DNA of 49,628 nucleotides from a bacterium (GTDB lineage: Bacteria > Zhuqueibacterota > Zhuqueibacteria > Oceanimicrobiales > Oceanimicrobiaceae), in the NCBI GenBank assembly GCA_046757165.1, contig JBHHXT010000014.1, positions 1 to 49,628 on the forward strand, written 5' to 3'. The notes beneath the pieces are model-generated. The model did not search any database. It was not told the DNA's origin and worked only from the letters and a program-made list of their open reading frames with translations. Shown piece by piece: positions 36,816 through 45,396 of the stretch. The position numbers and the translations under genes were made by a program. Within the stretch, counting starts at the first letter, position 1. Each line of letters starts with the position of its first letter.

Positions 36816-37325
36816 TTAAATATCCAGTGACCTTCGCGCCAGATTCTTGGTCGCATTCATGACTGTGATGTTGGCCTCATAGCTGCGGCTGGCTGAAATC
36901 AGCGTCAGCATTTCGCTCACGACGTTGATCTCGGGGTACTCGACATACCCGGTCTCGTCGGCGTCCGGGTGCGAGGGGTCGTAAATCCGCTTGAAAGCAT
37001 TCAGCTCTTCGACCGAGGATTTGATTTCAACGCTACCGGTTTTGTTCACGCCGAGGGGGGTGAAGCGCGAATTATCAAAGTGAGCCCGGTGCGATGTTTG
37101 CAATCTGAGAGTGGCGTTTCGGAGCTCGCTGGCAAAGTGGCGGCGGGGGGAAATCATTTCACGCACCACCTCTTTGCGTTTGTAAGGCGTCCCGGCGAGC
37201 GTTCGTGTCGTGTTGGCGTTGGCGATATTTTCAGCCGTTACCGCAAGTTGCTTTTTCTCCGCCGTCAGGCCGACCGAGCTAATTCGAAACGTTGAGAAGA
37301 AATCACTGATTCTCGTGTTCATCAC
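36816..37325 (-). CDS. flgC: Rod protein FlgC
   Basis: ENIANANTTRT, PYKRK, YDPSHPDAD..GYV and EM..LISASRSYEAN. Confidence 0.97.
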   Translation of the reverse strand: MMNTRISDFFSTFRISSVGLTAEKKQLAVTAENIANANTTRTLAGTPYKRKEVVREMISPRRHFASELRNATLRLQTSHRAHFDNSRFTPLGVNKTGSVEIKSSVEELNAFKRIYDPSHPDADETGYVEYPEINVVSEMLTLISASRSYEANITVMNATKNLARRSLDI

Positions 37326-37335
37326 GCGCTCCTTT

Positions 37336-37728
37336 CTAGGCTACTCTGCCACGGATACTGCTCTTGATCATCTCGTACTTGCCTCTAAGCTTGCGTGCGA
37401 CAAAATCGAAGCGAAGTTGGTTGCGCGCCAGCTCCGCCATTTCGCGCTCGATGTTCATTTTGGCGTCTAATTCATCCACTTTGAGCTTGAGTGACCGGAG
37501 GTCGCTGCTGCCTACATCCATGTGACGGTCAGCGGTTTTGCGTCCGACCGGCCGGTTTTTGTCCAACGCTCTGCGCAGCTCACTTTCAAACTCGACGTTG
37601 AGGGGCCGGAATTTCGTGGTCCCAACGTTGGCAATGTTCTCTGCCGTTGCTGTGTGCCGCAGGGAGTAAGCTTCCAGGGTCTTTCTCAACAAGGGCACCA
37701 GCGTCTTTTGTAAAGGATGAAACTGCAT
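37336..37728 (-). CDS. flgB: Rod protein FlgB
   Basis: LR....AENIANV.T, FE..L and EREMAELA.NQL. GGAGGT RBS before the ATG at 37728. Confidence 0.93.
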   Translation of the reverse strand: MQFHPLQKTLVPLLRKTLEAYSLRHTATAENIANVGTTKFRPLNVEFESELRRALDKNRPVGRKTADRHMDVGSSDLRSLKLKVDELDAKMNIEREMAELARNQLRFDFVARKLRGKYEMIKSSIRGRVA

Positions 37729-37761
37729 CGGCACCTCCATAATTTATCGATGCCCAAGCTT

Positions 37762-37777
37762 CGCAAGGAGTGTGCCA
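37762..37777 (-). promoter_or_regulatory. Sigma54 -24/-12 promoter for the flgB operon
   Basis: Minus strand TGGCAC-ACTCC-TTGCG, close to the full consensus. Confidence 0.88.
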
Positions 37778-37923
37778 TTCGCATCAGAGAGGCGGTCGTC
37801 TAGGCAAAGAGACGAAGTCGTGAATGCTGAAACTGACTGTTATTAAAAAGGTTAATCCAGACACAGGTTCGGTGGTTGAGGGGTGGGTGTGCAACCCAAA
37901 GTCTTGCTGCCGATCGTTACAAA

Positions 37924-37961
37924 GTAGTAATAATTTCGACTAAACTGATATTTTTTTCTAC
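37924..37961. promoter_or_regulatory. Candidate enhancer for the flgB promoter
   Basis: Minus strand GTAGAAAAAAATATC and GTCGAAATTATTACTAC, 21 bp apart, resembling the GTAGTAAAAAC/GTCGTAAAAAC pair above flgF. Confidence 0.4.
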
Positions 37962-37978
37962 TGAGTCACCCTCGCCAG

Positions 37979-39400
37979 CTATTTCATCAAAAGATGGCGA
38001 TTGCCGCGCTCCTCAGCGGACGACGTCTCTTTTTTCTCCAATCCGTACTGCAGAATCTTGCTTCTCAACGTTTTCAGCGTCACGCCCAAAATGTGCGCGG
38101 TTTTTGTTTTGTGGTAGTTGTGTCGTTTTAGAGTGGCCTCGATCAGACGCTTCTCCATCTCCTGGAGTGATATGTCTTGCTGAGGAGGGATAGTGTGAAA
38201 CTCGGGCGAGAGGTGGGCGGCCGGAAAATGAGTGGCCATGTGCTCCACACGGATTTGCTCGTTTTCTCTGCAACTCAACACACATCTTTGAATAAAATTC
38301 TCGAGCTCGCGTACGTTGCCCGGCCAGTCATATTGGCACAGATAGTCGAGCACCTGCTTTTCAATACCGGTCACGGTTTTCGAGTATTTGCTGGAGTATT
38401 TCTTGATGAAATGGTCGCACAGCAGCGGGATGTCCTCCTTGCGCTCGCGCAGCGGCGGGATGGTCACCGAAAGTACGTCCAGACGAAAATACAAGTCATG
38501 CCGGAAGCGACCTTCTTCGATGGCTTTCTGCACATCCGTGTTCGAGGTGGCGATGATTCGCACATCCGTGCAGATGGTCTGATTGCTGCCTACCCGTGTG
38601 AATTCGCCTTCCTGCAAAACACGCAGAAGTTTTGCCTGCAGGTGGGGCAGCATTTCGGTGACTTCATCCAGAAGCAATGTTCCCTGATGAGCTTCCTCGA
38701 AAACGCCTTTGAGCGTGCGCGTGGCGCCGGTAAATGCCCCTTTTTCGTGGCCAAAGAGTTGGCTCTCGATGAGCGTTTCCGGAATCGAGGCACAATTTAC
38801 CTTGATGAATGGCCGGGTCTTTCTGGGGCTGTTGTAATGAATCGCCGAAGCGATCAATTCTTTGCCGGTGCCGTTTTCGCTCTGGATGAAAACAGCGGCG
38901 TCGCTTTCAAAAGCGATCTCGAGCGACTTGAACAACTTCTTTACTTTCTGGCTCTGCCCCACGAAATTGTCGAGCGAATATTTCTCCTGCAGCGCTTGCT
39001 TTAGATTGCGATTCTCCTCTTCGAGCTCTTTGTTTTTGAAGTAGCGTTCGATACAAATCTTGATTTCATCGAGAGAAAACGGTTTGGTGATGTAGTCATA
39101 CGCGCCCTTTTTGATCGCCTCCACCGCGTGGTCGATGGTTCCGAATGCGGTGATCATGATCACGGCCGTTCCGGGCGCCTTTTCTTTGACTCTTTCCAGA
39201 ATTTCCATGCCGGTGATGCTCGGCATGCGCACGTCGGTCAGAACCATATCGTATGGCTCGCGGTCGATCCTCTGGATCGCTTGTCTGCCATCGTGGAAAA
39301 GACTGACATCGAATTGCCACTTCCGCAGCGCTTCCTTCAGAGCGGAGCCAATAAGCGGTTCGTCATCAACAATCAGTATGCTCTTTTTCGATTTGGCCAT
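37979..39400 (-). CDS. Sigma54-dependent response regulator (NtrC family; FlgR/FleR-like)
   Basis: Receiver (IVDDE, TDVRMP, KPF), AAA+ (SENGTGKE, GAFTGA, LLDEV, RHDLYFRL, WPGNVREL) and C-terminal HTH. True start is 39400. Confidence 0.95.
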   Translation of the reverse strand: MAKSKKSILIVDDEPLIGSALKEALRKWQFDVSLFHDGRQAIQRIDREPYDMVLTDVRMPSITGMEILERVKEKAPGTAVIMITAFGTIDHAVEAIKKGAYDYITKPFSLDEIKICIERYFKNKELEEENRNLKQALQEKYSLDNFVGQSQKVKKLFKSLEIAFESDAAVFIQSENGTGKELIASAIHYNSPRKTRPFIKVNCASIPETLIESQLFGHEKGAFTGATRTLKGVFEEAHQGTLLLDEVTEMLPHLQAKLLRVLQEGEFTRVGSNQTICTDVRIIATSNTDVQKAIEEGRFRHDLYFRLDVLSVTIPPLRERKEDIPLLCDHFIKKYSSKYSKTVTGIEKQVLDYLCQYDWPGNVRELENFIQRCVLSCRENEQIRVEHMATHFPAAHLSPEFHTIPPQQDISLQEMEKRLIEATLKRHNYHKTKTAHILGVTLKTLRSKILQYGLEKKETSSAEERGNRHLLMK

Positions 39401-39402
39401 AG

Positions 39403-40194
39403 TCAGGTAATCGGTAGCGTCAGCGTAACCTGCAATCCCTTCTGATCCCGATTCTTCAGAGAAATCTTTCCGCCATGCTTTTCTACGATCAACCGGGACG
39501 TGGGGAGACCGAGTCCCATCCCATAGGTCTTGGTCGTATGAAATGGATAGAACGGTTTTTCGAAGTCTCGGTTTGGCAGGCCTGGCCCTTCGTCCTCGAT
39601 CGAAACCTTGACTTTGTTTTTCGGCTGGTTCAAAGTCACCTTGATTGTGGTCTGACCGCCGTCCGGCATGACCTCGACTGCATTTCGCAGCAGGTTCTGG
39701 ATCGCTTGCAGCATCAGAACAGGGTCGACCTCGACATAGACCTGCTCCAGCGGCAGGGGCAGCACGAATGGGTAGTCCCGATTGCGCTCGCCCAGCCATG
39801 CTCTGGCGGTTTCAGCAGCGCGTTTCAACAAGTCGGAAAGGTTACACCTGACCGTCTGAAACCTGACCGGCTGGCTGAAAACAATCAAGTTCTCGACAAT
39901 TGTGTCGATGCGTTGCACCCCCTCCAGAATGCCTTGAATGTTTTCCATCTGCGTCTTACTGCTTTCTTTGGAGAGCAGCTCGACCAGCATCGCAATGCCA
40001 GCCAGGGGATTTCGAATCTCATGCGCCAGATTGCCGGCCAGCTCTTCGAGATAATTCCTCGGCACGATCTCATGCGAGCGGTATTCATCTATCTGTCGGC
40101 TTATTCTACCATAGGCTTTCTCGATGTCCGTAAGGGAGGCGTTAAAATCCTGAAAGCACTTTTCGAGCTCGGAAAGTGGCGATGGGTCATTCAT
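39403..40194 (-). CDS. Cytoplasmic histidine kinase without a recognisable sensor domain (FlgS/FleS-like)
   Basis: H-box AHEIRNPL, N-box NLLRNA, DEGPG, FYPFHTTK and GMGLGL. No TM segment. Confidence 0.92.
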   Translation of the reverse strand: MNDPSPLSELEKCFQDFNASLTDIEKAYGRISRQIDEYRSHEIVPRNYLEELAGNLAHEIRNPLAGIAMLVELLSKESSKTQMENIQGILEGVQRIDTIVENLIVFSQPVRFQTVRCNLSDLLKRAAETARAWLGERNRDYPFVLPLPLEQVYVEVDPVLMLQAIQNLLRNAVEVMPDGGQTTIKVTLNQPKNKVKVSIEDEGPGLPNRDFEKPFYPFHTTKTYGMGLGLPTSRLIVEKHGGKISLKNRDQKGLQVTLTLPIT

Positions 40195-40249
40195 CTGTTG
40201 TGTCGTGCCATGGGTTTACCTTCAACGCTAAGCGCTTGAATCACATTTG

Positions 40250-40277
40250 TTATCGACGGTCTGCCGGTGTCACTTTA
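40250..40277 (-). promoter_or_regulatory. Sigma28-like promoter upstream of the kinase
   Basis: Minus strand TAAAGTGA...GTCGATAA, i.e. TAAA-N16-GTCGATAA, 55 bp above the kinase ATG. Confidence 0.6.
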
Positions 40278-40320
40278 TCGCAGCCAGGCGGGGAAGACCG
40301 TGTGGTTTCACCGAGATCTT

Positions 40321-40353
40321 AACCTTGCGAAGGTTCGAACCCTTCGCAAGGTT
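40321..40353. repeat. Perfect 13-bp inverted repeat (REP-like or terminator-like)
   Basis: AACCTTGCGAAGG-TTCGAAC-CCTTCGCAAGGTT, running into a T-tract on the + strand. Confidence 0.7.
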
Positions 40354-40469
40354 TTTCGGTCACTTCGGAAAAGTCCCTGCTTTTGTCGCATACAAAACCA
40401 CGGGGCAGCATGTTCGTGCAAGAACTCCCATGTAAGCAGTTGTTTTCGTGAGTCCTACGATGCGTGTCT

Positions 40470-40500
40470 TGTCAGATTCCTCCCTTCGGTCGGAATGACA
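40470..40500. repeat. REP-like imperfect palindrome (ATTCC...GGAATGAC type)
   Basis: TGTCAGATTCC-TCCCTTCGGTC-GGAATGACA. Confidence 0.5.
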
Positions 40501-40623
40501 TTTCTGGTCTTTTTGGACAGCCCCTACCTCTCGGATTCATACCTAAAAACACGGTTGTCAACCGTGTTGGATCAGCCTGGAATCAGCTGGGGCGATCCAA
40601 AAAGTAAAAACAATCCACGATTT

Positions 40624-40647
40624 GTCATTCCTGCGAAAGCAGGAATC
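40624..40647. repeat. REP-like palindrome GTCATTCCTGC-GAAA-GCAGGAATC
   Basis: 8-bp stem with a GAAA loop, sharing the GTCATTCC end with the 40470 element in the opposite orientation. Confidence 0.6.
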
Positions 40648-40744
40648 AGATTACAGATGCAGGCTTTGAATGAAGATTGACTTTATGCTTTTGCATCGGA
40701 AGGCAAGAAATGCGGTGTGACTCCTGGCCAGCTAAGAGTCCGGA

Positions 40745-40936
40745 TCATCCACTGAGCGCACATTCTCCCGTGTCCTTGTTCGGGCACGTGTCACAGGCGT
40801 CGCCTTTCTCGAACGCCTCCAGCACCTCCCCGCAGCAAACTGACCTCCGTCTACGATACTGGCTAAAATGTAGCATGAGCGCCATAAAAGAGAACCCGAA
40901 AACGATAAAACAAAAAACGACCAGATAGTGTGCCAT
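40745..40936 (-). CDS. NqrM-like small Cys-rich membrane protein (Na+-NQR maturation)
   Basis: One TM segment followed by CCG...CDTC...C, directly after apbE. Confidence 0.65.
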   Translation of the reverse strand: MAHYLVVFCFIVFGFSFMALMLHFSQYRRRRSVCCGEVLEAFEKGDACDTCPNKDTGECALSG

Positions 40937-40948
40937 GGTGAACCTTTC

Positions 40949-42001
40949 TCAGTTGCTCCCGGCCAGGAATTTTTCAAACTGCGGGGTCATTTTCTCGCCA
41001 AACCCATCTCCCTCTCTTACAATCATGTAGATGGCGAGTTCCCGCTGCTGGGCGAATTCATAGCCTGCCTCCGGACCGAGGACATTGATCGCGGTTGCCA
41101 AACCGTCTGCCAGGGTACAGGAGGAATGAATGACCGTCACGGATGCGAGTTTGTGCGTGATCGGCCGGCCGGTTCGCGGGTCGATCGTGTGTGAGTAGCG
41201 CACGCCGTCGACCTCAAAATAGTTGAAATAGTCACCGGAGGTCGCCATGGCGCGGTCGCGAATGGCCAGGACCTTTTCAATGCCAGATGGCGTGTCCGGG
41301 GACTCCACGCCGATGCGCCAGGTTTGCCCGGAGGCGTTGAATCCTTTCGTTCTGACTTCGCCGCCGATTTCCACCATGTAGTTGGAGACGCCCATGGTTT
41401 GAAGATACTCTGCGACTTTGTCAACACCAAACCCCTTTGCAATCGCTGACAGATCGCAGTGGATGTCCGGATTTGTTTTCTTGGCCGCGGGGGGCGCCAG
41501 TCGAACCGAAATCTTCTGGTAGCCGATGCGGGCCTTCAGCCGATCGATCACCTCATCGGCCGGCAGCGTTGGTGGTTTCTGGCCCGGCCCGAATCCCCAA
41601 AGGTCGACGAGCGCGCCGACAGTGATATCGAAAGCGCCGCCAGACATTTCCGAAATCAACAGAGATTGCTGCAAGACTTTGGCGAAATCATCCGAGATGC
41701 CAAACCAATCGCTCTGGCTGCTCTGATTAAACGTTGAAATCTCGGAGTCAGGAAGGTAGGTCGACATCTGCCGGTTCACTTCCTCGAGCAGTTTGTTGAT
41801 CGCAGAGTCGAGCGTCTGATTGTCGACTCCTGCCTTCAGGTACTCGTCCGCGATCTTGACTGTAAAGGTCGTGCCCATGGTGTTGCCCCGTATCGTCAGG
41901 GGCGGCGCTGAATCCTGTGGGCCTGCGCAACCTAGCAGGGCAAAGACAACCAGCAGGTGGCTGATGATTGCCGCAAGAACGTCTGTTTTGTCGGAGCACA
42001 T
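40949..42001 (-). CDS. apbE: FAD:protein FMN transferase ApbE (lipoprotein)
   Basis: Lipobox LLGC, G.TMGT, GAFDITVG.LV.LWGFG, DLSAIAKG, ATSGDY and YSHTIDPRTG. Start uncertain (42001 or 42034). Confidence 0.93.
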   Translation of the reverse strand: MCSDKTDVLAAIISHLLVVFALLGCAGPQDSAPPLTIRGNTMGTTFTVKIADEYLKAGVDNQTLDSAINKLLEEVNRQMSTYLPDSEISTFNQSSQSDWFGISDDFAKVLQQSLLISEMSGGAFDITVGALVDLWGFGPGQKPPTLPADEVIDRLKARIGYQKISVRLAPPAAKKTNPDIHCDLSAIAKGFGVDKVAEYLQTMGVSNYMVEIGGEVRTKGFNASGQTWRIGVESPDTPSGIEKVLAIRDRAMATSGDYFNYFEVDGVRYSHTIDPRTGRPITHKLASVTVIHSSCTLADGLATAINVLGPEAGYEFAQQRELAIYMIVREGDGFGEKMTPQFEKFLAGSN

Positions 42002-42063
42002 GAATAGGGAAGTCGGCCTTCGCAACGTCGTCATCTCTGTTTGCGGATTATCAAATCGCAGAG

Positions 42064-42531
42064 CTACTTTTTCCGTCTTTTCCACTTCCAGTCTTCGTAA
42101 TAATCCCATTTCACAATCGCGTTGAGCTGTTCCAGCTCCTGGCTTTTTTCATCCAGAGTCGCTTTCATGACGTCACCGGCAGAAAGAATCCCGATGTACT
42201 CCCCCTCTTTCTCAACGAGTAAATGACGCAATCGCCGTCCGAGAAACTGGTCCTTCAGATTGTAGAGTGAGGCGGTGTGCTGGACAGCGAACAGGTCTTT
42301 GGTCATGTGGTGGCCAATCCTCGCGGTCGTGACATCGAATCCTGGCGCCACGACGTTGCGCATCAGGTCACGCTCGGTCCAGATGCCGACCAGCTTGCCC
42401 CCCTCTTTGATCAGGATAGCGCCGATCTTGCGCTCGATCATGGTTTGGAGCGCCTCCTGAATCGTGGTTTCCGGAGAAACGCAGATCATGTCTCTATTTT
42501 TTTCCATCAGGATGTCTTCCGCGGTCTTCAT
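42064..42531 (-). CDS. Stand-alone CBS-pair protein
   Basis: EAL..M....IGA, LVGIWTERDL, RHL.V and GILS.GD. Confidence 0.9.
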   Translation of the reverse strand: MKTAEDILMEKNRDMICVSPETTIQEALQTMIERKIGAILIKEGGKLVGIWTERDLMRNVVAPGFDVTTARIGHHMTKDLFAVQHTASLYNLKDQFLGRRLRHLLVEKEGEYIGILSAGDVMKATLDEKSQELEQLNAIVKWDYYEDWKWKRRKK

Positions 42532-42608
42532 GTCATTACTCCATGTTTTGTCATAGGATGCCGGGGTTGTTTATAGCGTAGCGAATCTTCGCCAAAGAGT
42601 TAATTAAA

Positions 42609-42896
42609 TTAAATGTAAATCCGTTCATGCGGAAGTGCAGAATAGCACGATGCGCCTGGCGCCGTGCTATCGACAATGAACGCCTTCTGGATGACGAAGG
42701 TCTTGAGCGCAAAAATCGCGTAAGCCGCGTTGACCCGCCAGACCCCTCCCAGGTCTGCAAACGAGCTGGTTCCCGGTCTTATTTTCCCAAAAGCGAGTTT
42801 GATCAGCTCCAATTTGTCTCTGTTGACGTAGATGTTATAGCCTTTGACAAGGTTGGGCAAGTTTCGCAGGCCCTTTTTGATTCTTCTTATTTGCAT
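42609..42896 (-). pseudogene. Probable truncated class I SAM-methyltransferase fragment
   Basis: SFADLGGVW resembles motif I and is followed by a helix and a beta2-like FIVD. The ORF ends at about 95 aa, too short for a Rossmann fold. Confidence 0.45.
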
Positions 42897-42912
42897 CAGA
42901 GACGACCGGCCA

Positions 42913-44148
42913 TTAGCCGCCGAAATCATCAAACAAGATATTCTCCGGCTCGACGCCGAGATTGTCCAGCATCTGGATGACGGCGCTGTTCATCATGGGC
43001 GGCCCGCAGATGTAGTACTCGCAGTCTTCCGGCGCCGGGTGGTCTTTCAGGTAGTTGTCGTACAAAACCTGGTGAATGAAGCCGACGTAGCCGGTCCACT
43101 TGTCTTCCGGCAACGGTTCAGAGAGGGCGATGTGCCACTCAAAATTGTCGTTTTCGCGCGCCAGCATGTTGAAGTCATCTTCATAAAACATTTCGCGCAG
43201 ACTGCGGGCCCCATACCAATAGGAGATTTTTCGTTTCGATTTGAGCCGCTTCAACTGGTCGAAGATGTGTGAGCGCATGGGCGCCATGCCCGCACCGCCA
43301 CCGATAAAGACCATCTCCGCCTCCGTGTCCCTCGCAAAAAATTCGCCGTACGGCCCGGAGATGGTGACCTTGTCTCCGGGTTTGAGATTGAAGATGTACG
43401 AGGACATCTGGCCCGGCGGCACATCGGGCATGCGCGGCGGCGGGGAGGCGATGCGGACATTCAACATGATGAGGCCTTTCTCCTCCGGATAGTTGGCCAT
43501 GGAGTAGGCGCGGACAATGTCATCATCCACTTTGGAGACATAGCGCCAGAGATTGTACTTGTCCCAATCTTCGCGGTACTCCTGCTCGACCTCGAAATCG
43601 CTGTACTTGACGGTGTGAGGCGGCGCTTCAATCTGGATGTAACCGCCGGCGCGGAAATCGACATGCTCGCCGGCGGGCAGCTCCAGCACCAGCTCTTTGA
43701 TGAACGTGGCGACATTATGATTCGAACGCACGGTGCACTGCCACTTCTTGATTTCAAACATCTCCGGGGGGATTTCGAGCTTCATGTCGCCTTTGACCGC
43801 TACCTGGCAGGAGAGACGGTAGCGGTCGCGAATCTGCCGGCGGTTGAGCTTGGATGTTTCTGTCGGCAGGACATCCCCGCCGCCCTCGGTTATCACCAGT
43901 CTGCACTCACCGCACGTTCCGCCGCCGCCGCACGCGGAAGGAATGAAGATTTCGCGCTCCGCCAGGGCATTGAGCAGCTTACCGCCCACCGGGATTTCAA
44001 GGGTGTGCTCCGGGTTGTTGTTGACGATGATGTTGACATTGCCGGTCGCCACCAACCTGGATTTCGCAAAAACGATAATCATAACCAGTGCCAGCACAAT
44101 CAGCGTGAACATGAACACGCTGAGTGTGATTAAACCAAAGCCCGCCAT
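42913..44148 (-). CDS. nqrF: Na+-NQR subunit F
   Basis: [45 protein letters not shown] and DDFGG. Confidence 0.98.
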   Translation of the reverse strand: MAGFGLITLSVFMFTLIVLALVMIIVFAKSRLVATGNVNIIVNNNPEHTLEIPVGGKLLNALAEREIFIPSACGGGGTCGECRLVITEGGGDVLPTETSKLNRRQIRDRYRLSCQVAVKGDMKLEIPPEMFEIKKWQCTVRSNHNVATFIKELVLELPAGEHVDFRAGGYIQIEAPPHTVKYSDFEVEQEYREDWDKYNLWRYVSKVDDDIVRAYSMANYPEEKGLIMLNVRIASPPPRMPDVPPGQMSSYIFNLKPGDKVTISGPYGEFFARDTEAEMVFIGGGAGMAPMRSHIFDQLKRLKSKRKISYWYGARSLREMFYEDDFNMLARENDNFEWHIALSEPLPEDKWTGYVGFIHQVLYDNYLKDHPAPEDCEYYICGPPMMNSAVIQMLDNLGVEPENILFDDFGG

Positions 44149-44159
44149 AACCTTCCTCT

Positions 44160-44771
44160 CTAAAGCTGAATTCCAGAAAACAGCATGAACGCCATCGCCA
44201 TCAAGCCGACCGTGATGAAGGTGATCCCCAGGCCGCGCAATCCGGCGGGCACGTTGCTGTATTTCATTTTTTCACGAATGCCGGCTAACCCGATGATGGC
44301 CAGCGCCCAACCCGCTCCGGAACCAAATCCGTAAATGACACTCTCTGTGAAGTCGTAGTTTCTTTCCACCATAAACAGGGAGCCTCCCAGAATCGCACAA
44401 TTTACGGTGATGAGCGGCAGAAAAATGCCGAGGGCATTGTACAGCTTGGGCACGAACTTGTCCAGGGCCATCTCCAGGATTTGCACCATGGCGGCAATCA
44501 CACCAATGTACGTCACCAGGCCCAGAAAACTCAAGTCGACATCCGGTAGACCTGCCCAGGCCAGCGCGCCCGATTTCAACACGTGGGTATAGAGAAGATT
44601 GTTGACCGGAACCGTGATGGCCTGCACCACCACAACTGCGATTCCCAGACCCGTGGCTGTTTCGACTTTCTTGGAGACCGCCAGATAGGTACACATGCCC
44701 AGAAAAAAGGCCAGTGCCAGGTTTTCGATGAAAACCGCCTTCAAGAATAAGCTCAGATAGTGCTCGATCAT
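44160..44771 (-). CDS. nqrE: Na+-NQR subunit E
   Basis: [26 protein letters not shown] and FSGIQL. Confidence 0.97.
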   Translation of the reverse strand: MIEHYLSLFLKAVFIENLALAFFLGMCTYLAVSKKVETATGLGIAVVVVQAITVPVNNLLYTHVLKSGALAWAGLPDVDLSFLGLVTYIGVIAAMVQILEMALDKFVPKLYNALGIFLPLITVNCAILGGSLFMVERNYDFTESVIYGFGSGAGWALAIIGLAGIREKMKYSNVPAGLRGLGITFITVGLMAMAFMLFSGIQL

Positions 44772-44775
44772 TGCC

Positions 44776-45396
44776 CTAATCCTCTTCAACTTGTTCAGGT
44801 TTCCAGCTCCGCAGCGCCCAGATGATGAAGCCGATCAAGATGAACGCGCTGGGAGAAAGCAGAAACATGCCGTTTGGAACATACCAGCCGCCCTCTGTAT
44901 TCACAGACAGAACGGTCTGGCCCAGGAGCTTGCCAGAGCCGAACAGCTCCCGAAAGACACCGACGATCAGCAAAATCAGGCTGTAGCCGATGCCGTTGCC
45001 AATCCCGTCGACAAAACTGATACCGGGCGGGTTCTTCAAGGCGAACGCCTCCGCCCGCCCGAGCACGATACAATTGGTGATAATGAGGCCGACAAAGATG
45101 GAAAGCTGCTTGCTGATGTCGTAAGCGAACGCCTTGATGAATTGGTCGGCAATGATCACCAGCGAGGCAATGATGGTCATCTCAACCAGAATGCGGACGC
45201 TGCTGGGCACATGCGCCCGGATGACGCTGACCGAGAAGTTGGAAAAGGCCGTGACAAAAATCACCGCCAGTGACATGACCAGCGCGGTTTCCAGCTTGGT
45301 GGTGACGGCGAGCGCGGAGCAGATGCCCAGGATTTGCAGCGCGATGGGATTGTTGTTGAAAATCGGCTCGAACAGCGCGTCTTTAACCTTGCTCAT
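44776..45396 (-). CDS. nqrD: Na+-NQR subunit D
   Basis: [18 protein letters not shown] and [25 protein letters not shown] before 45396. Confidence 0.97.
   Translation of the reverse strand: MSKVKDALFEPIFNNNPIALQILGICSALAVTTKLETALVMSLAVIFVTAFSNFSVSVIRAHVPSSVRILVEMTIIASLVIIADQFIKAFAYDISKQLSIFVGLIITNCIVLGRAEAFALKNPPGISFVDGIGNGIGYSLILLIVGVFRELFGSGKLLGQTVLSVNTEGGWYVPNGMFLLSPSAFILIGFIIWALRSWKPEQVEED

Noticed and set aside
37744..37751. ATCGATAA sigma28 -10-like box above flgB
   Set aside because: No TAAA -35 box at the correct spacing.
39401..39799. N-terminal extension of the 606-aa ORF 37979..39799
   Set aside because: It overlaps the kinase in another frame. The receiver domain begins at the Met at 39400.
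40195..40210. TGGCACG (-24-like box) just above the kinase start
   Set aside because: There is no TTGC at -12 (it reads AACAG) and it is too close to the ATG.
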